From positions 38,192,001 to 38,256,000 of the forward strand of contig CM022665.1 in NCBI GenBank assembly GCA_012295275.1: 64,000 bases of DNA, in the 5' to 3' direction. Positions 26,659-40,295 of the stretch are shown here, one piece after another. This DNA comes from Chrysomallon squamiferum (taxonomy: Eukaryota; Animalia; Mollusca). Position 1 is the stretch's first letter, and every line of letters begins with the position of its first letter. Made by a program: the position numbers and the translations under genes. Below the pieces are notes generated by a model, which saw nothing but the letters and a program-made list of their open reading frames with translations, ran no database searches and was not told the DNA's origin.

Positions 26659-27114
26659 ATACTTCACACTACATACACATACATACAGTGACTTAAACAC
26701 AAATGCTAAAAAGATGAATTAAATAATAGTATAGTTTATGATAATGCTAGACTTAAAAAACAAAACATTGCATCAGCAGTGGTTTATTTTCTTTATGCAA
26801 AGTAAGTGGAAAACAATTAACTTCATTTCCTTAGTATTAAAGTAAAACAGCAGTCACTTCCATTTCTCTTTAAACCATCACACAAGAAACACCTGGGTTA
26901 TATTTAAAGAAGAAATATACTGTATTGTGAATGAAAAACTAATAAAGTGTTGTGTAAAATGGCACAGCAAGTCTAAGTATCTATATTAACATTATTGCTA
27001 AACTAATGATTTCTGACAATATTTTCTATGTAATTTGGTTCTTTATCATATCCATGTCACCAGCACAAACAGTTACCTACCTCTTTAACTAAACAGTTTC
27101 AAAGACAAAAGAAA

Positions 27115-27197
27115 TACAGATATATAAAATTATAAAAAGCATCCCTGTTTATTTGAAATTGATACCGGTTTGTTAGGGAACAGTGTTTAAAAAACAG

Positions 27198-27229
<32 letters not shown>

Positions 27230-27437
27230 ATTATTATTATTATTATGAATATAGTTAAATAAAACTGTAAAAAGTATTCAATTTATTTCAAACTGATGCC
27301 AATTTGTTAAGTAACAGTGTCAAATTTTTTAAAATATAATAATAAATAAATAAATAATTACAGATATTTAAATTTATTAAAAAAGTAACCCAATTTATCT
27401 GAAACTGATACCAGTTTGTTAAGCACTGTGTGAAAAT
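27115..27437. repeat. Three ~78-bp units separated by microsatellite linkers
   Basis: TTTATTTGAAATTGATACCGGTTTGTTAGGGAACAGTGT / TTTATTTCAAACTGATGCCAATTTGTTAAGTAACAGTGT / TTTATCTGAAACTGATACCAGTTTGTTAAGCACTGTGT; linkers (GAT)n(TAT)n and (AAAT)n. Confidence 0.9.
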
Positions 27438-28382
27438 ACTGGTAGATCAAATGAAAGATAACTACAAGCTGATGTCCCTCCCAACAATGGAGGCTGTAGG
27501 AATTCATTAATAATTATGTCAGAAGTTACAAACAGTCACATGATTCCATGAAGGACTTTTCACACATCTGATGATACCAGTGATCGTGTTTGGGAGACAA
27601 AATGCCCATTTAACATGCTATCGCACAAGCAAAACCTTTCAGGCATGTGAAACACATCTAACAATCGGCCCCAGCTCCCACAATTAAATATGCCAATTCT
27701 TTTGTCGAACAGAAATAATTTATGGCAAACTGACATGACACAAGTCGAGAAATGACGTCTGCAAAAAGAATACCAAAGAAATGACATAAATTCCATTTAA
27801 ACAAAAAGGAAAATATTTTTTTTATCCTCTTCTTAACAATGAATTTCTCTTGATATCACTTACACTACATTCCTGTGAAGTTAAAACTTAAGTTAAATGG
27901 TCCTTAACCAGTAAATCAGTCAATGTTTTTCAAACATTTATGTTTGTTTGTTGTTTTTTTTATAATTTTTTTTTTTATTTAAGCCTAAAGGGGGAGGGAT
28001 GAGATGAGATCTTCACATGTTATCACCTTTTTCTCTTGAGGCGATCCAGCCCAATTGATAAAGATGTAAAATGTTTTCACCATGAGACTTAATGACCTTC
28101 ACGGCAGTCTTGTCAGTTTCAATTCAATGTGGAGACTTTTGTGATAATAAAGATCTTAAGAGTTAATGACAGAAGCTGAGTTTCCAATACATTAACACTG
28201 AAAAGAGGGACAACAGACAATGAATAATGATTATATAGTGATACAACAATACATCATTTAATTATAACTTTTAAGGAAATATCTTTAAGCTAATGATTCA
28301 TAAAAAAAACCTCCACCACTATTATTAGTACTGCACATATTACTGTGTTCATTATGACAGTTTCTTCACTTTTGTATTCATA

Positions 28383-28626
28383 GAGGCTGTTCCAGTCAAT
28401 GCCCCATGACTAATGTATCATATGTCATTGTATGTTTTCCTGTCTATGATAAGGTGCTTATGAAAATAGTTTGTTGCTAATTGATAAAAGTAGCCAAAAA
28501 AAATGCAGTCATCAATTTTCTTTCTCAGATATTATCATTCATTTTTACAAAAATATTGCTAACATTCATCCTTCGATAAGTTGAAAATGATGAGGTGTCA
28601 CTGAATAAATATTTATTAATTCATTC
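28383..28626 (+). mobile_element. SINE, 5'-truncated
   Basis: GTTCCAGTCAATGCCCCATGACT...TCCTGTCTATGATAAGGTGCTTAT...TTGCTAATTGATAAAAGTAGCC...GGTGTCACTGAATAAA..ATTCATTC. Confidence 0.65.
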
Positions 28627-29284
28627 ACTTTCTTTGATCTTATAAATTTAAACTGTCGTATATTCTGTATATTCATTACACAGACATACTAGTAGTCTGT
28701 TAAAAAAACATTAAACTATTTTAAAAATTAAATATGTATGGTTTTGTGTAGAAAATATTTTTTTTACATGTTATAGCAGAATAACTTTTGGAATGGGACA
28801 TCAAGGCCATGATATAACTCATTACTAAACAATCTAGAATAGGAAATACCAGAAACTTCAAAATGGAGAACAAGTCATCCTTCTTGTTTTGGATATAACT
28901 TCATTTTCTTTCTTCTTCTTCTTTTTCTTCTTCTTATTATTATTACTTATCTTTTTAGTATTTTTTTATTTTTATTTTTTTCCTTCCACAAATGTACTTT
29001 TATGCATGGCTTGTTAAACTGGAATGTTTTAGCATTATGAAGCAATATATTGTGAAGTATGTACATAACTCTCTTACACATCATTAGATAATTATTGCAC
29101 AGAGCTGATATGGATACATAAAACATGCAATTAACATTCTTAACTATTAACACATTAAACTCTCTCTCTGTATATATATTTCAAACATAGGTTTTAGTCA
29201 CTTAGAGCACTTTCGCATTAGAAAACTATTTAGATACTATCATGAACACAACATTCAATTTTATTAAATAATTTGTCTGTGAAA

Positions 29285-29575
29285 GATTCAAGCTTGAGTT
29301 GGAAGATTTTATTTGATAAATGCATTGTTCTTTGAAGACTATATTGCTTGTGATATTGTTCAAGCTTGCTTGCTCTGGGCATATTATTTAACTTTACTAA
29401 ATAGCTAATTAATTGCAGTTTGAACTTGGATAGCAAGATATGATTTTATCTGGTCTTTGTGATGACTATTTTCTGAAATGTTGTTCAAGCTTGTTTGCTA
29501 TGGTCATATTACTTAACTTTACTAAATAATCAGTCAGTGGCAGGTTCAAACATAGGTAGTAAGATATCTTTTATA
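29285..29575. repeat. Tandem duplication, period 125 bp, about 2.3 copies
   Basis: TTGTTCAAGCTTGCTTGCTCTGGGCATATTATTTAACTTTACTAAATA (29356) vs TTGTTCAAGCTTGTTTGCTATGGTCATATTACTTAACTTTACTAAATA (29481). Confidence 0.9.
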
Positions 29576-30288
29576 TGCAAATTATTCCATAAGCAATATT
29601 TTCCTGGAGTATCACATAATGCAGGAAAATAATATTGCTAACAGTGATTGTTTTTCTGGAGTTACTACTTAGAACAGGAAAACAAAGTCTTCTGGATGAG
29701 ACCTCTTTAACTTGGTTATATTCAGTTATATACATAATTATGATGTTGTAATTATCTGAATATCATCAGCCATATGTCTGTTCCAACAGTGCTTTGAATT
29801 GTGGGTAACTTATTTATTCAGCAAACTATTGCAGCTAAAATTGATCTTATTGGGTTATTCTGACCAAACTTGCTTCAGAAAGATGTTCAAGAACGCCTTG
29901 CCTTGGGCCTAACCAACTTCATCAGTCAGTTTTAACAACAATAGGTGGTTCTTTTTTTCTTGTTTCTTTTTTCTTCCTTTTTTTCATTTTTTCCTTCTTT
30001 CTTTCTTTCATTTTTTGTTTCTTTTTGTTTTGTATTTTTTTTTAGAGCAGAGAGGTGTTTTAATAAACACTTTTTTGAGCACGTTAACAAATGTTATAAC
30101 TTAATTTTTCTAGTTACTGTAACAGATCAGCAAAATCTGCATAATAAATAAAGTAATTTTATGTCAGAGTAACCTTTATAAACTTAGAGAAACTTTTTTT
30201 CACTGAAGAATAACTTAACAGAGTATCTGTAACACCAACATTAATTTTCATATGAATTAAACTGAATACATTTTGAATCCAATTTGTA

Positions 30289-30428
30289 TAATAAATATAT
30301 GTGTAAATTAAAAAAAAAGATTTTAAAAATGGATTTATAAATTAAATTTAATAGATTTTAAATGCACTTCACATAATAAATATTTGTATAAATTAAAAAG
30401 GATTTTTAAAATGGATTTAGAAATTATG
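30289..30428. repeat. Local duplication, ~55-bp block
   Basis: ATAATAAATAT.TGT.TAAATTAAAA..GATTTT.AAAATGGATTTA.AAATTA occurs twice. Confidence 0.75.
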
Positions 30429-31904
30429 TAGTTTGAAAGAAGATCACTTTTTAAACAGAGAATTTGTTGGGTTTTTTCTTCAGTGTTTGATGTTTTAATA
30501 CAATATCTGTAATTGTGATGTAAATTTTTATCTATATTAAATGCTTATCAGGATTTTGGTACATTTTAATAACAAATTTACCTTATAAATTTTGATAATA
30601 TGAAGGTAAATTAATCTTCAAATATCACTAAAGAAAAAAATTCATTACACTGTCAAAATGCTAATTTATTTTTCTGCAGTAAAATTCTAAAACGTTTTAA
30701 TATATTTGGGGATCAAATATACTTTATAAATAATTTGAGAGCTATTAACCTTTTAACCTGGGCAGAATAACATATTTCTCATTTGATGTACAATTTATGC
30801 AATATCAGTAATTTAACGTTTTTACCTGGTTTAGATTTTTAAAAAGATATTAAATTATTATAACATAAAAATTAACCTAAAAGTTTTGAATCAGAGGACA
30901 GATTAACTTTTTAAGGCAGAGAAACATCCATCATTAAAGAACAACTTAATTTAATGTTGGTGACTAATGCTGTTTTTGTTGGGGTTTAGGTTTTTTTTTC
31001 TAAATTAAATTTAAAAAGCAGTTTAATATGTTAAGAGAGAGAATGGCAGTCAGCTACCTACTTTTTCAACAAAAGAAAAAAGTAAAAGAAGAAAAGAAGA
31101 CTGAATTGAACAGAAAGGAAAAAAAGAGAAAAAGAAGAAGAAGAAAAAAAGAAAGAAAGCAGAATGGAAAATAAGACACAAAAGATAAAAGAAACGAAAG
31201 AAAAACATTTTAAAACACAAAAAGAAAAAAAAATGAAAGAACAGAATAGAAAAAAATTTTAAAATACAAGAAAAAGAAAAGAAGTTTAAACAGAAAAAGA
31301 AGGGAAAAAAAGTAAATAATAATAATAATAATAATAACAATAACAACAATATTAATAATAATATTAATAATAATGAAAATAAACCCAAAATGTTTTTTAT
31401 TTAAAAAAAAAATATTAAAAAAAAAAAAAAAAATTAAAATTGAAGAAGTAGAAGTAAGAGATAATGAAGCTATAAAAAATATTTTTCTATCATGTGACAA
31501 GTTCTGACATGAGCATTTAAAGACACAGTGATCTCTTTGATCTATGTTTACAATATTTTTAAAAGTCTTTTCCTCTGTAATTCAATCACTGTGCAATACT
31601 TTCTGTACTTATTTTATGCATGTGCATGTGTTTATATGCATTTTAACCTGCATTACAAAAAACAAATAAAGTCAAAGCTGCCTCCCATCCAAAAAAAAAA
31701 ATTAAAATAATAATAATTTGGTTGTTTTTGTTTTTTTTGTAAACTCAGAAATTAAAATTCAATAACATAGTTATGTCAAATGGTATGGCTTCAAAACATC
31801 TCTATCACCTTTATGTTTTTGTCATTTATCATCATTAAATAAACAAAACACATGACAACTGAAACCAATGAACTAACACCTAAACATTTGCCTGTGGTTT
31901 TAGT

Positions 31905-32058
31905 TATAGGATGTGGATTAGTGGTTAGAGCACAAACTGAAACAAGATGGGCTGCAGAATTAATTCTTTTGAACACACCTCCCTGTTTATCAAAGACTTT
32001 GGTATGTGATTACCTGTCTATGGGAAGGTGTATAGAAAAATATACTTTGCAGCTAACT
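31905..32058 (+). mobile_element. SINE remnant (head plus core, internally deleted)
   Basis: GGATGTGGATTAGTGGTTAGAGCAC...TGGTATGTGATTACCTGTCTATGGGAAGGTGTATAGAAAA...TTGCAGCTAA; it explains most of ORF 31852-32199. Confidence 0.65.
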
Positions 32059-33164
32059 TTTAAAAAAAAAGGGGTTGGCTTTGATGTGGTAATAATAGGT
32101 TTTATATGTGTGGCTCTCAATCATAAAGGTTATGTTATATATCTTGAGATTAAAAATAAATTTAGAGTCTTGTTAAAAAACGAAATGTTTTTCTTTTGAT
32201 TTCTTTAAAACTTCTGTTGCCTTTTAAAAGCGAAAATGTAATGATTCATCATAACAGTGACAGTATGTTTATTTAAATAAGATGACTCTATGGTCTAGAA
32301 TGGAAAATTAGTCATGTGAAAGCTGACAATGTATCACCGATTACAACAATGCATAAGGAAGTTGCTAGGATCTTGCTAAACAAAAGTTTTTTTTTTTTTT
32401 TTTCTGCTTATTTTAAATATATCACTGACAAAGTAATGCAAATTAATTTAACAATGTCTTTCCACTTAAACTGTAATAGCAAAACACCTACTGCACTACT
32501 GGCTTAATGCTTGTAACGTCAGTAAATTACATGCTTCTAACACAAACCAGCTCCCTCAAATAATAATAAATAAGTAAATAAATAAATAATGAATATATAT
32601 ATATATAGATAGATAAATAGATAGATAAATAGATATACACACACACACAATAAATAAATAAATAATAATTATTATGTTGTTGTTTTTTTAATGGTCTTGA
32701 GATATAATATTTTATCTGAGCCACACACATTGGAAATATTACATGTCATGTTGAAATGCTTTCCAAAAATACAACAATTATTTTGTTCTTTAAATTTAAT
32801 TCTTATGTCTGGAGAATAACAGAACATATAAATATCTATTTAAGAAAAACACACAAAATAATAATAAATAAAATAAAATAAAATAAAGAAAAAAGAAAGA
32901 AAGGAAAAAAAGAAAATCATATAAATACAAAAACAGAAATCAAAAATAAAATTTTGCTCCCAAATCAAACATTAATAATAATAAGAAGAAGAAAAAGAAA
33001 AAGAAAATGAAACAACCATATATATATAATTTTACTTTAAAAACAAAAAAGGTTTTACAAATTCTTTCAAATAATAAAAACAGCAAAATAAAGAAATAAA
33101 TAAATAGAATGAAATCAGTCAATCAGTCAATACATATATACATTAATTAATTAATTAAATCATA

Positions 33165-33475
33165 ATAATATAGCAGAGAACATTATACTATATATATAAC
33201 ACAGAACAATATAATACAGCATAGAAACAGTATGTATCTTAATACAATAATTAATAACATACACACAATACAGAACAATGTATCATAATAGGTAATAATA
33301 GTACATAATAATATATTACATATACATAATACAGAACAATATAATATACAGAACAGCAGAGAACAGTATACACTGTAATAAAAGTTAATAATACAACATA
33401 ATACAGAACAATATAATACATAATATCACAGCACAGAACAGTACTTCCTAATGCAGTGCAATACAATACAAAACA
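33165..33475. repeat. Degenerate (AATAC/ACAGA)-type pentamer array
   Basis: ATAATACAGAACAATATAATA blocks recur. Confidence 0.8.
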
Positions 33476-34654
33476 GCAGGATGCATGATTAACGAATGTT
33501 TAACGCCTCAACACAAAGTACCACAACGACAGGGAGTCCTTGAACCTAATACAGTTTTAGATTAAATAACTGAATACCATGTAGTATGGTACTGTTGAAT
33601 ACAGTGTAGTATTGAATAATAATACTCTTTGTTACTTGATCACTGGATGAATGATGTGACTGTATCAGTGAATGATCATGGGAAAGAAAAATATATGAAT
33701 GATGATGAATCATTCTACTGTATAGGTTACCTATCAAACATTTTCAAAAACTTAAAATGAAATTTAAAAAAAAAAAAATAAAATAAATAAATAAAAAATT
33801 AAGAATCAAGAGGAAAGAGGAAGGTAATACACACACATGTGAAATGCATTACCACAGTGTTTGCATACACACACACAGACAAACACACATACAAACTCAT
33901 GTACATATACCTGTAAATAACATGATTATGTTACCTGCAAAAAATGAATCATAGTAAATTATTTCTTCCTTGAGGCTTAACAAGTCAATGCTTCAAAAGA
34001 CACAGTGAGACAAACAGACAGACAGACGGTCTCCTTTTGGATGAATCATATTGGTCGTAAAAGTAAGTTTCTAAAGAAGAAGATAGAAAAAAATTAACCT
34101 GATGATTTATTATAACTGTGAGCAAGTAAAGAATGCTGAAACATTTTTTTTTTTTTTTTTTTTCACACATCTTCAAGATATCCTTTGTACCTGTTAAACT
34201 TTTTATAAATCTGTTTTACCTGCAGAAGATATTAAGTATGAATCTTCTGTCTTTGATTTTAAACTTCAGTTTGTGTTGTTAAGAAAGCAGATGTGTAGAA
34301 GTTATATGCTTGTGTGCGAGTGTTGAGGGTTTATTTATGTATATATATATATATACTTGTATATGCGTGCACATATACATTTGAATGTATGTATGTGTAT
34401 TATTATGTATTTTTGTCTATTTGTATGCATATTTTATAATAATATGTGTTCATGTATGTAGGTGGGCATGTCCTATATTTCTTTTGTACAAATTTATAAT
34501 TTTTATGTGTAATTTTTTTTTTTTATCTGCTTCTGTATTCATTTTGACATGAGAAAATGTCTGCATGTGTTTGTGCTTTATGTAAAGTCTCTTTTTTTTT
34601 TCTTTCTTATTTTTTTTTTTCTTAAAAAAGAAAGAAAGAAAAGTCTCTTTTTAA

Positions 34655-34790
34655 AAAAAAAATATAATTAAAAAAATACAAATTGAAAAAAAAAAAAAAA
34701 AAAAAAAAAAATAATTAAAAAAATACAAATTGAAAAAAATACAAAAAAAAAATATAATTAAAAAAATACAAATTGAAAAAAAATACAATT
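34655..34790. repeat. A-rich triplication of ATAATTAAAAAAATACAAATTGAAAA
   Basis: Three copies (~34665, ~34711, ~34754) separated by A tracts. Confidence 0.9.
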
Positions 34791-34969
34791 TTTATTTTTA
34801 TTTTTTAAGGAAAATAATTAATTTCTCAAACAAATCAGGCTGGCCTGTTAACTGATTAGGAAAAATATAGTTATATTTAGTCTTTATGAAAAGAAATCAC
34901 TGCTGAACTGTAATTGTATTGTGTTAATGTTTTTTATATAGTATCTGATATAACTTTTCTCTGTATCAC

Positions 34970-35280
34970 ATCAGCAACTCCATGGTTTTAGTGTAACCTG
35001 AGATGTTTTAGGTATCGGGATCAAATCATGCTTGTGAACCTGTTGAGCTATTTTTCTTTCCAGCCATTGCTTACAACTGAGGTTACTGTTTTTCTGCATA
35101 ATGTAAAATAACACTTACTACTAATCAGTAAGATACTGCAGACAGTATAATGGCAGCATGTTTGCTCTTGCAATAGTCCATGCAGATATCAGCAGTGGGT
35201 TTGCCATCTAAAGTACAAAAAATATATCTGACACCTAAAAATATTTAATATTAAAATATGTTAAAGTTCTGTTAAAGAAT
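34970..35280 (+). mobile_element. SINE, heavily decayed
   Basis: GGGATCAAATC...TTGAGCTATTTTTCTTTCCAGCCATTGCTTACAACTG...TACTACTAATCAGTAAGA...TCTGACACCTAA. Confidence 0.55.
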
Positions 35281-35793
35281 TATAATAACTGTAACCTTTG
35301 TCTACTCTTTTGTGACAGAACCAGTTATTTTGCTGTCTCTCATATTTAACACTTTTTTTTATTTCAATGTTTACATATAAAATTAGTAATGAATTTCAAT
35401 AAAAAAAAAAAAAACAATTTGTTGTTGGTGCTGTTTAAGCATTTTAAGCTTCAATTTATAGTGCAAAATAAACAAATAAATAAAAATATGATTTATATTA
35501 CTTATATTAAATTTAAATATTATCATGACCTACTATATGCATTATTGTTGAATTTTATTAGCTGATATTAAAACAAAAAAACACATTTATATTTGTTTCT
35601 AAAAGATAAAACTTCATTTAAAATGCAGCTTGGAACATTCTTTGTATTATTTACCCTTTAATATGTGTGTTATTGTCATTTGGAAAAAGACATTTATTTA
35701 TAAATGAACTATACAGTGGAATATATTTATTACCAATAAAACTATAACAGAAAATTTCATTTAGAAACTACTATTATTCATTTACAAAATGAA

Positions 35794-35990
35794 GAGTGGG
35801 ACAAAGCTCACAGATACAGCATCCACTCGAGGTGTGGTGGGTTATCAAACTAATCCATCTTGGTGGAGTTATTGAGCTTTTTCTTGCTTGAGTTAGTGCT
35901 CAACATCTGTTATAACAAAGCCCATGATATGTATTATCCTGTCAATGGGATTGTGCATATAAAAGATTCCTTGCTGCTAATCAGATAGAC
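35794..35990 (+). mobile_element. SINE, 3'-truncated, best-preserved core
   Basis: GAGTGGGACAAAGCTC head; TATCCTGTCAATGGGATTGTGCATATAAAAGATTCCTTGCTGCTAATC core, closely matching the copy at 41266-41580. Confidence 0.85.
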
Positions 35991-37392
35991 TGGTCTTAAA
36001 ATATATATCATATAAATTCATTGATTTATAGCTTATGGAAACAGCTTATGTATCATTATCAACATTTAATACTTATATACATGAAGCATCCCCCAAAAAG
36101 AACATATTTTAAATTTGTATTTATTAGAATGTAGAATAATTTTTGAAAGCATGAAATATTTAACATAAATAAATAATAAAACAAAAAAACAAATGTAAAG
36201 TATTTTAAATACTTCAAGTATCAAATTCATTTCTTTTTTACTGAATTGTGAGAATAATAATAACTTGAATTTTTTATGTTTAATAATAGACATTAAAAGA
36301 AAATACGTTTATCACCGATGATACCACAAGATAATATTTCATTTACAAAATAGCATAGGAATATTCAACAATTCATCTGTTCCTGTTCTGCACACAGGGG
36401 GATCTATGAAATGAAGCAGCAAGTGTCTGCCCAATAATTTCCTATAATTATTGGCATTTAAGTTATTAGACACAGAATTTTATTCCAATCAATCAAAATT
36501 CCCCGAAGAGACAAGCTGGTCAGTGTGGGACTGCAGTCAGATGTTGTCTGTTGACTTTGCTATCAGCATGATTAGTCATTCACCACGATTGGTCACAAGT
36601 GGTCAGGTCAGTGTCTTATAGATATGACAATCAGAGATCAGATTTAATGTCCGCATTTTAGTACCAGTGATCAATACTAAAAACAGGGTTTTAATGTCAA
36701 GCCAGGGTCAGTATGCACAAATGAATCAGACACTTTGCCTTCAGCATTTGAGATCACTGTTCTACGTACATATATCCTAGGTATGTTAATTTATATGACT
36801 CAGAGTGTTAGAAAGAAAAGTCCACAAAACCATCAGTCATTTCATGTTGCCAATTTTTTTTTTTATCATTTCTTTCTTACTTTTTTTTTTGGACTGATAA
36901 AGTGGTAACTGTTTTCCACATTTTGATAATTAAAGATAATGAAATAATGACTATTATCAGTATGTCATTATCTGCATGTGTGCATGTGTGCATGTGCATG
37001 TGCTGTGTGGCTGTTTCCTTGGAATGTTTAATCAGTTAGAACAGAATACCACTTGGTATTTTTACAGTTCGAATTTTCAAGCAATTTAATTTTGTTTAAC
37101 TCTGGTATTTTTCTTTCTTTTTCTTTTTTTTCCCCTCTTTAAAAAAAAAAAAAAAAAAAAATAAAAAAAGAATAATAATCATTTAACATTTCTTTTTTTT
37201 TTTTTTTTTTTTTTTAAATTCATTAATTATTTGACTTAGAGAAAAATGTTAATTGAATGACCCAAGCATAACCCAGTGGACTTGAACCAAGGGAATGAAT
37301 GCAAGATCATTAGAAATCATATCTGATAATATAAATATTCTCTTGGCTTGATGGATTAATCTGAGATATGGCAGCTAGATATAAACCAAAAT

Positions 37393-37432
<40 letters not shown>

Positions 37433-38409
37433 AATTGGAAATGCAATATGCAGTAATTTATGAAAAATTATTAGAATTAATATTATTAAAAAATAAAAAT
37501 AAAAAATAAAAAAATCATTCAACAGTTTTATTTAAATGTAAGTTATGGAATTTAATGTATCTAAGTATACACCAGTTGCAGTACTTCATAATTTTTACTT
37601 TTTTTTGTTGTTGTTGTTGTTTGTTTATCTGGAAATTTATATAACGTTAAAATGCCATCTATATCTAAAATCTTAGGTATGTTTCTTTTGCAAATCCTAT
37701 TTTATTTAATTAGAGAAATGTTGTGTGTGTTTGCTTCACATTACCTGTCAAAGAAACCAACAATGTGATCTCAGTTTGAACACCAGTCTGCAAAACACAC
37801 ATACAAGATGACACCACTGAAATTTGAACACAAAACCTATCAGTCTCAAAATACAAATTTAAAAGAAAACACAAAAACAAACAAACAAAACAAACAACAA
37901 CCTAACACTGCTTGACCATATGGAGTCACATGTATTAAGATGTTCCTGCATATAAAATTTACACCACAGTATAAACAAATACAACTGATTATTCTCACAA
38001 AGTGCATGGCAAACAGAGATTTCATGACTCACTTTACAAAATCTGCATATTAAATTGTGACATACGACTGAGTAATACACCTCTCTTTAGTTAGTAAACA
38101 AAACAAATGCACTAAATCAATAATTTCTTTTTCATTTCCATCAACATGACAGGCACACCTCTAAATCTGAAATGATTTATAACTGAACCTGCAGAGAATA
38201 TGAATAATATAATCAAAAACTGTCTTGACACAACATATATAATATTATAGTAATTTTTATATAACTTGATTTATAATTTCTGGATAATGATTAATTTGAA
38301 ATCTTCAGTTATGAATGAATGATTGAATGTGTGAATGTTTAATAACAACTTGGTGTATTTAATATTAGCTGCTATTAGATGCAAGACACATGTTTCTTGT
38401 ATAACAACT

Positions 38410-38560
38410 AAATGAGAGGGAAGGTGCTGCCATTGGCTATTCATGCCCATTAGCAATAAATGATATTTTATTTGCACCTTTCCATAGGCAGTAAAACACA
38501 TCCCATTCCTTTTGATGGGAATGGGAAATAGCCTAATATGAGTACTCAGACTGGTACACC
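38410..38560 (-). mobile_element. SINE remnant
   Basis: ATTAGCAATAAATGATATTTTATTTGCACCTTTCCATAGGCAG...GGAATGGGAAATAGCCTAAT. Confidence 0.7.
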
Positions 38561-39051
38561 ACCACAGCCAAACTTTGGTAATTGTGAGATCTAATTATAA
38601 AGTTGCACCAGAAGTGAAATTATTTAATAATTTTGGACAATTTAATATTTGGCTAGATATCAGATTTCCATGTGACCACTGCACAGTGTTGAAATTTATT
38701 GTGAAGAAGAAATGTTGCAAGAGACATTCTGAATCATTATGATTAATCAGATTTGTGGTTTCATGGTTTCTTGTGTTCACATCAATTTGTTGTCTAGAAT
38801 CATCATACAAATTTAAAATTATTCTTTTTTACCAGATACTGTATTCACAGTAGTGTATTGAATACATAGCAAATACAAGGATATATTTTCAGAACACTCA
38901 GAACAGCCTGGTATCTCTTGCACTCTCACTGATTCAGTTACTTTTTCTCTATCTTTTTGTTTCTGCTTCTCATTTATTTATTCACTCGTCCTCATACTTT
39001 TTCTTTTTTCACTCATTCATTTTCCCTTTCTTTCACTCTTTCCAGTTAACC

Positions 39052-39255
39052 GTTTCTTGTCCAAGCCAGTGCAATCTCTAGTTTTAAGAAATGCCTTTAT
39101 GTGATTTCCTGTCTGTGTGTAGGTGTGTATAAAAAGATATTGCTGCTAATCTAAAAAAAGATCTTCCTTTCTCATTACTTCTAAGTACAGTTTTTAATCA
39201 ACTCTGTGACATTACACAACAGCAGAGTGTGTCATTAAACAAACCATTTTTTCTT
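39052..39255 (+). mobile_element. SINE remnant
   Basis: TTCTTGTCCAAGCCAGTGC...TCCTGTCTGTGTGTAGGTGTGTATAAAAAGATATTGCTGCTAATC...GTGTCATTAAACAAACCATTT. Confidence 0.7.
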
Positions 39256-40112
39256 TCTCTTCCTAATTTTTTCTTTCATTTATTCATTCTTCTCTTATCT
39301 TTCTCATTCATTTATTTTTCCTTTCTTTATCTCTCACATGTTGTTCTATTCACACCTTACTTTCTCTTCCATCTTTAAAAAAAAAAAAATCATAATAAAA
39401 AAAGAAAATAAAAAAAATCAAATCAAATAAAAATAATAATAATTAAAACATGGAAATGAACAGAAAATTAAAACAATATTTATACAACACAGCTATTATC
39501 AAGATAGCTATATCACCATGAAGTTAGATAACACATTATGCTAATAACTAATACACAGGATACTGTTTTCCTGACAACACTATTAACAGTTTGGCAGAGG
39601 TTAATGACCTTGCAAATCTCTATTATGTAAAAACAAATGTAATTTAATTTGCACTTAACATACCATTGTAGATAGCCAACACATTAGAAAAAATAATAAT
39701 AATAAAAAGTAATTTATTGTTATCTTTTTCTTCTGCTGACAAAGAAAACAGAAATTCTGAATTATTTGGTATTGCTCTAGCAATTTTCTTTTACTGGTCT
39801 ATTTACATTATCAGCATAATCAATAGATAATTTGCTGATTTACATCTTAGAGAAAGATTGAAATTAACCCATTTCCAAGTGAAAATTTTGTAACACTTAC
39901 ATGTAATATCTTACATAAATGCTGACCCATGAATATGTTAACATTCTCAGGAAATACTTTTATTCAATTTATGCAATATTTAACAAGTTAATCCATAGTG
40001 ACTTCTGATCAAAGTTGCCATAATACAATATTACTTCTGTTTGCATCAGAATAATCATAAGATGACCACATCACATGACAGCTACTAGCAAAAGTGACAT
40101 TCCTTTCAGAAA

Positions 40113-40295
40113 GGTGTGGGTATAGTTCAATAGTAAAAGTGTTTGTTTTAAATATGATTGGTCACAGGATTAGGTTGCCTTGAAGTGCTAATAGGACTTT
40201 CTCCTGTTCTAGCCAGAGACTCTTTACTTCTGGCAAATGCCTTGGTATGTACTTTCATGGGAAGGAGCACATAAAGGATCAAGTCTTGCTGATGG
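40113..40295 (+). mobile_element. SINE remnant (head plus core)
   Basis: GTGTGGGTATAGTTCAATAGTAAAAGTG head, GTTCTAGCCAG, TGGTATGTAC..CATGGGAAGGAGCACATAAAGGATC..TTGCTG. Confidence 0.65.

Noticed and set aside
27115-27437. CRISPR array (also considered for 61595-61775)
   Set aside because: The context is eukaryotic, the repeats are diverged, the spacers are microsatellites or absent, and there are no cas genes.
38500-38528. Hairpin TCCCATTCC-N8-GGAATGGGA as a terminator-like structure
   Set aside because: It lies at a deletion point inside a SINE remnant, and intrinsic terminators are irrelevant in this eukaryotic context.
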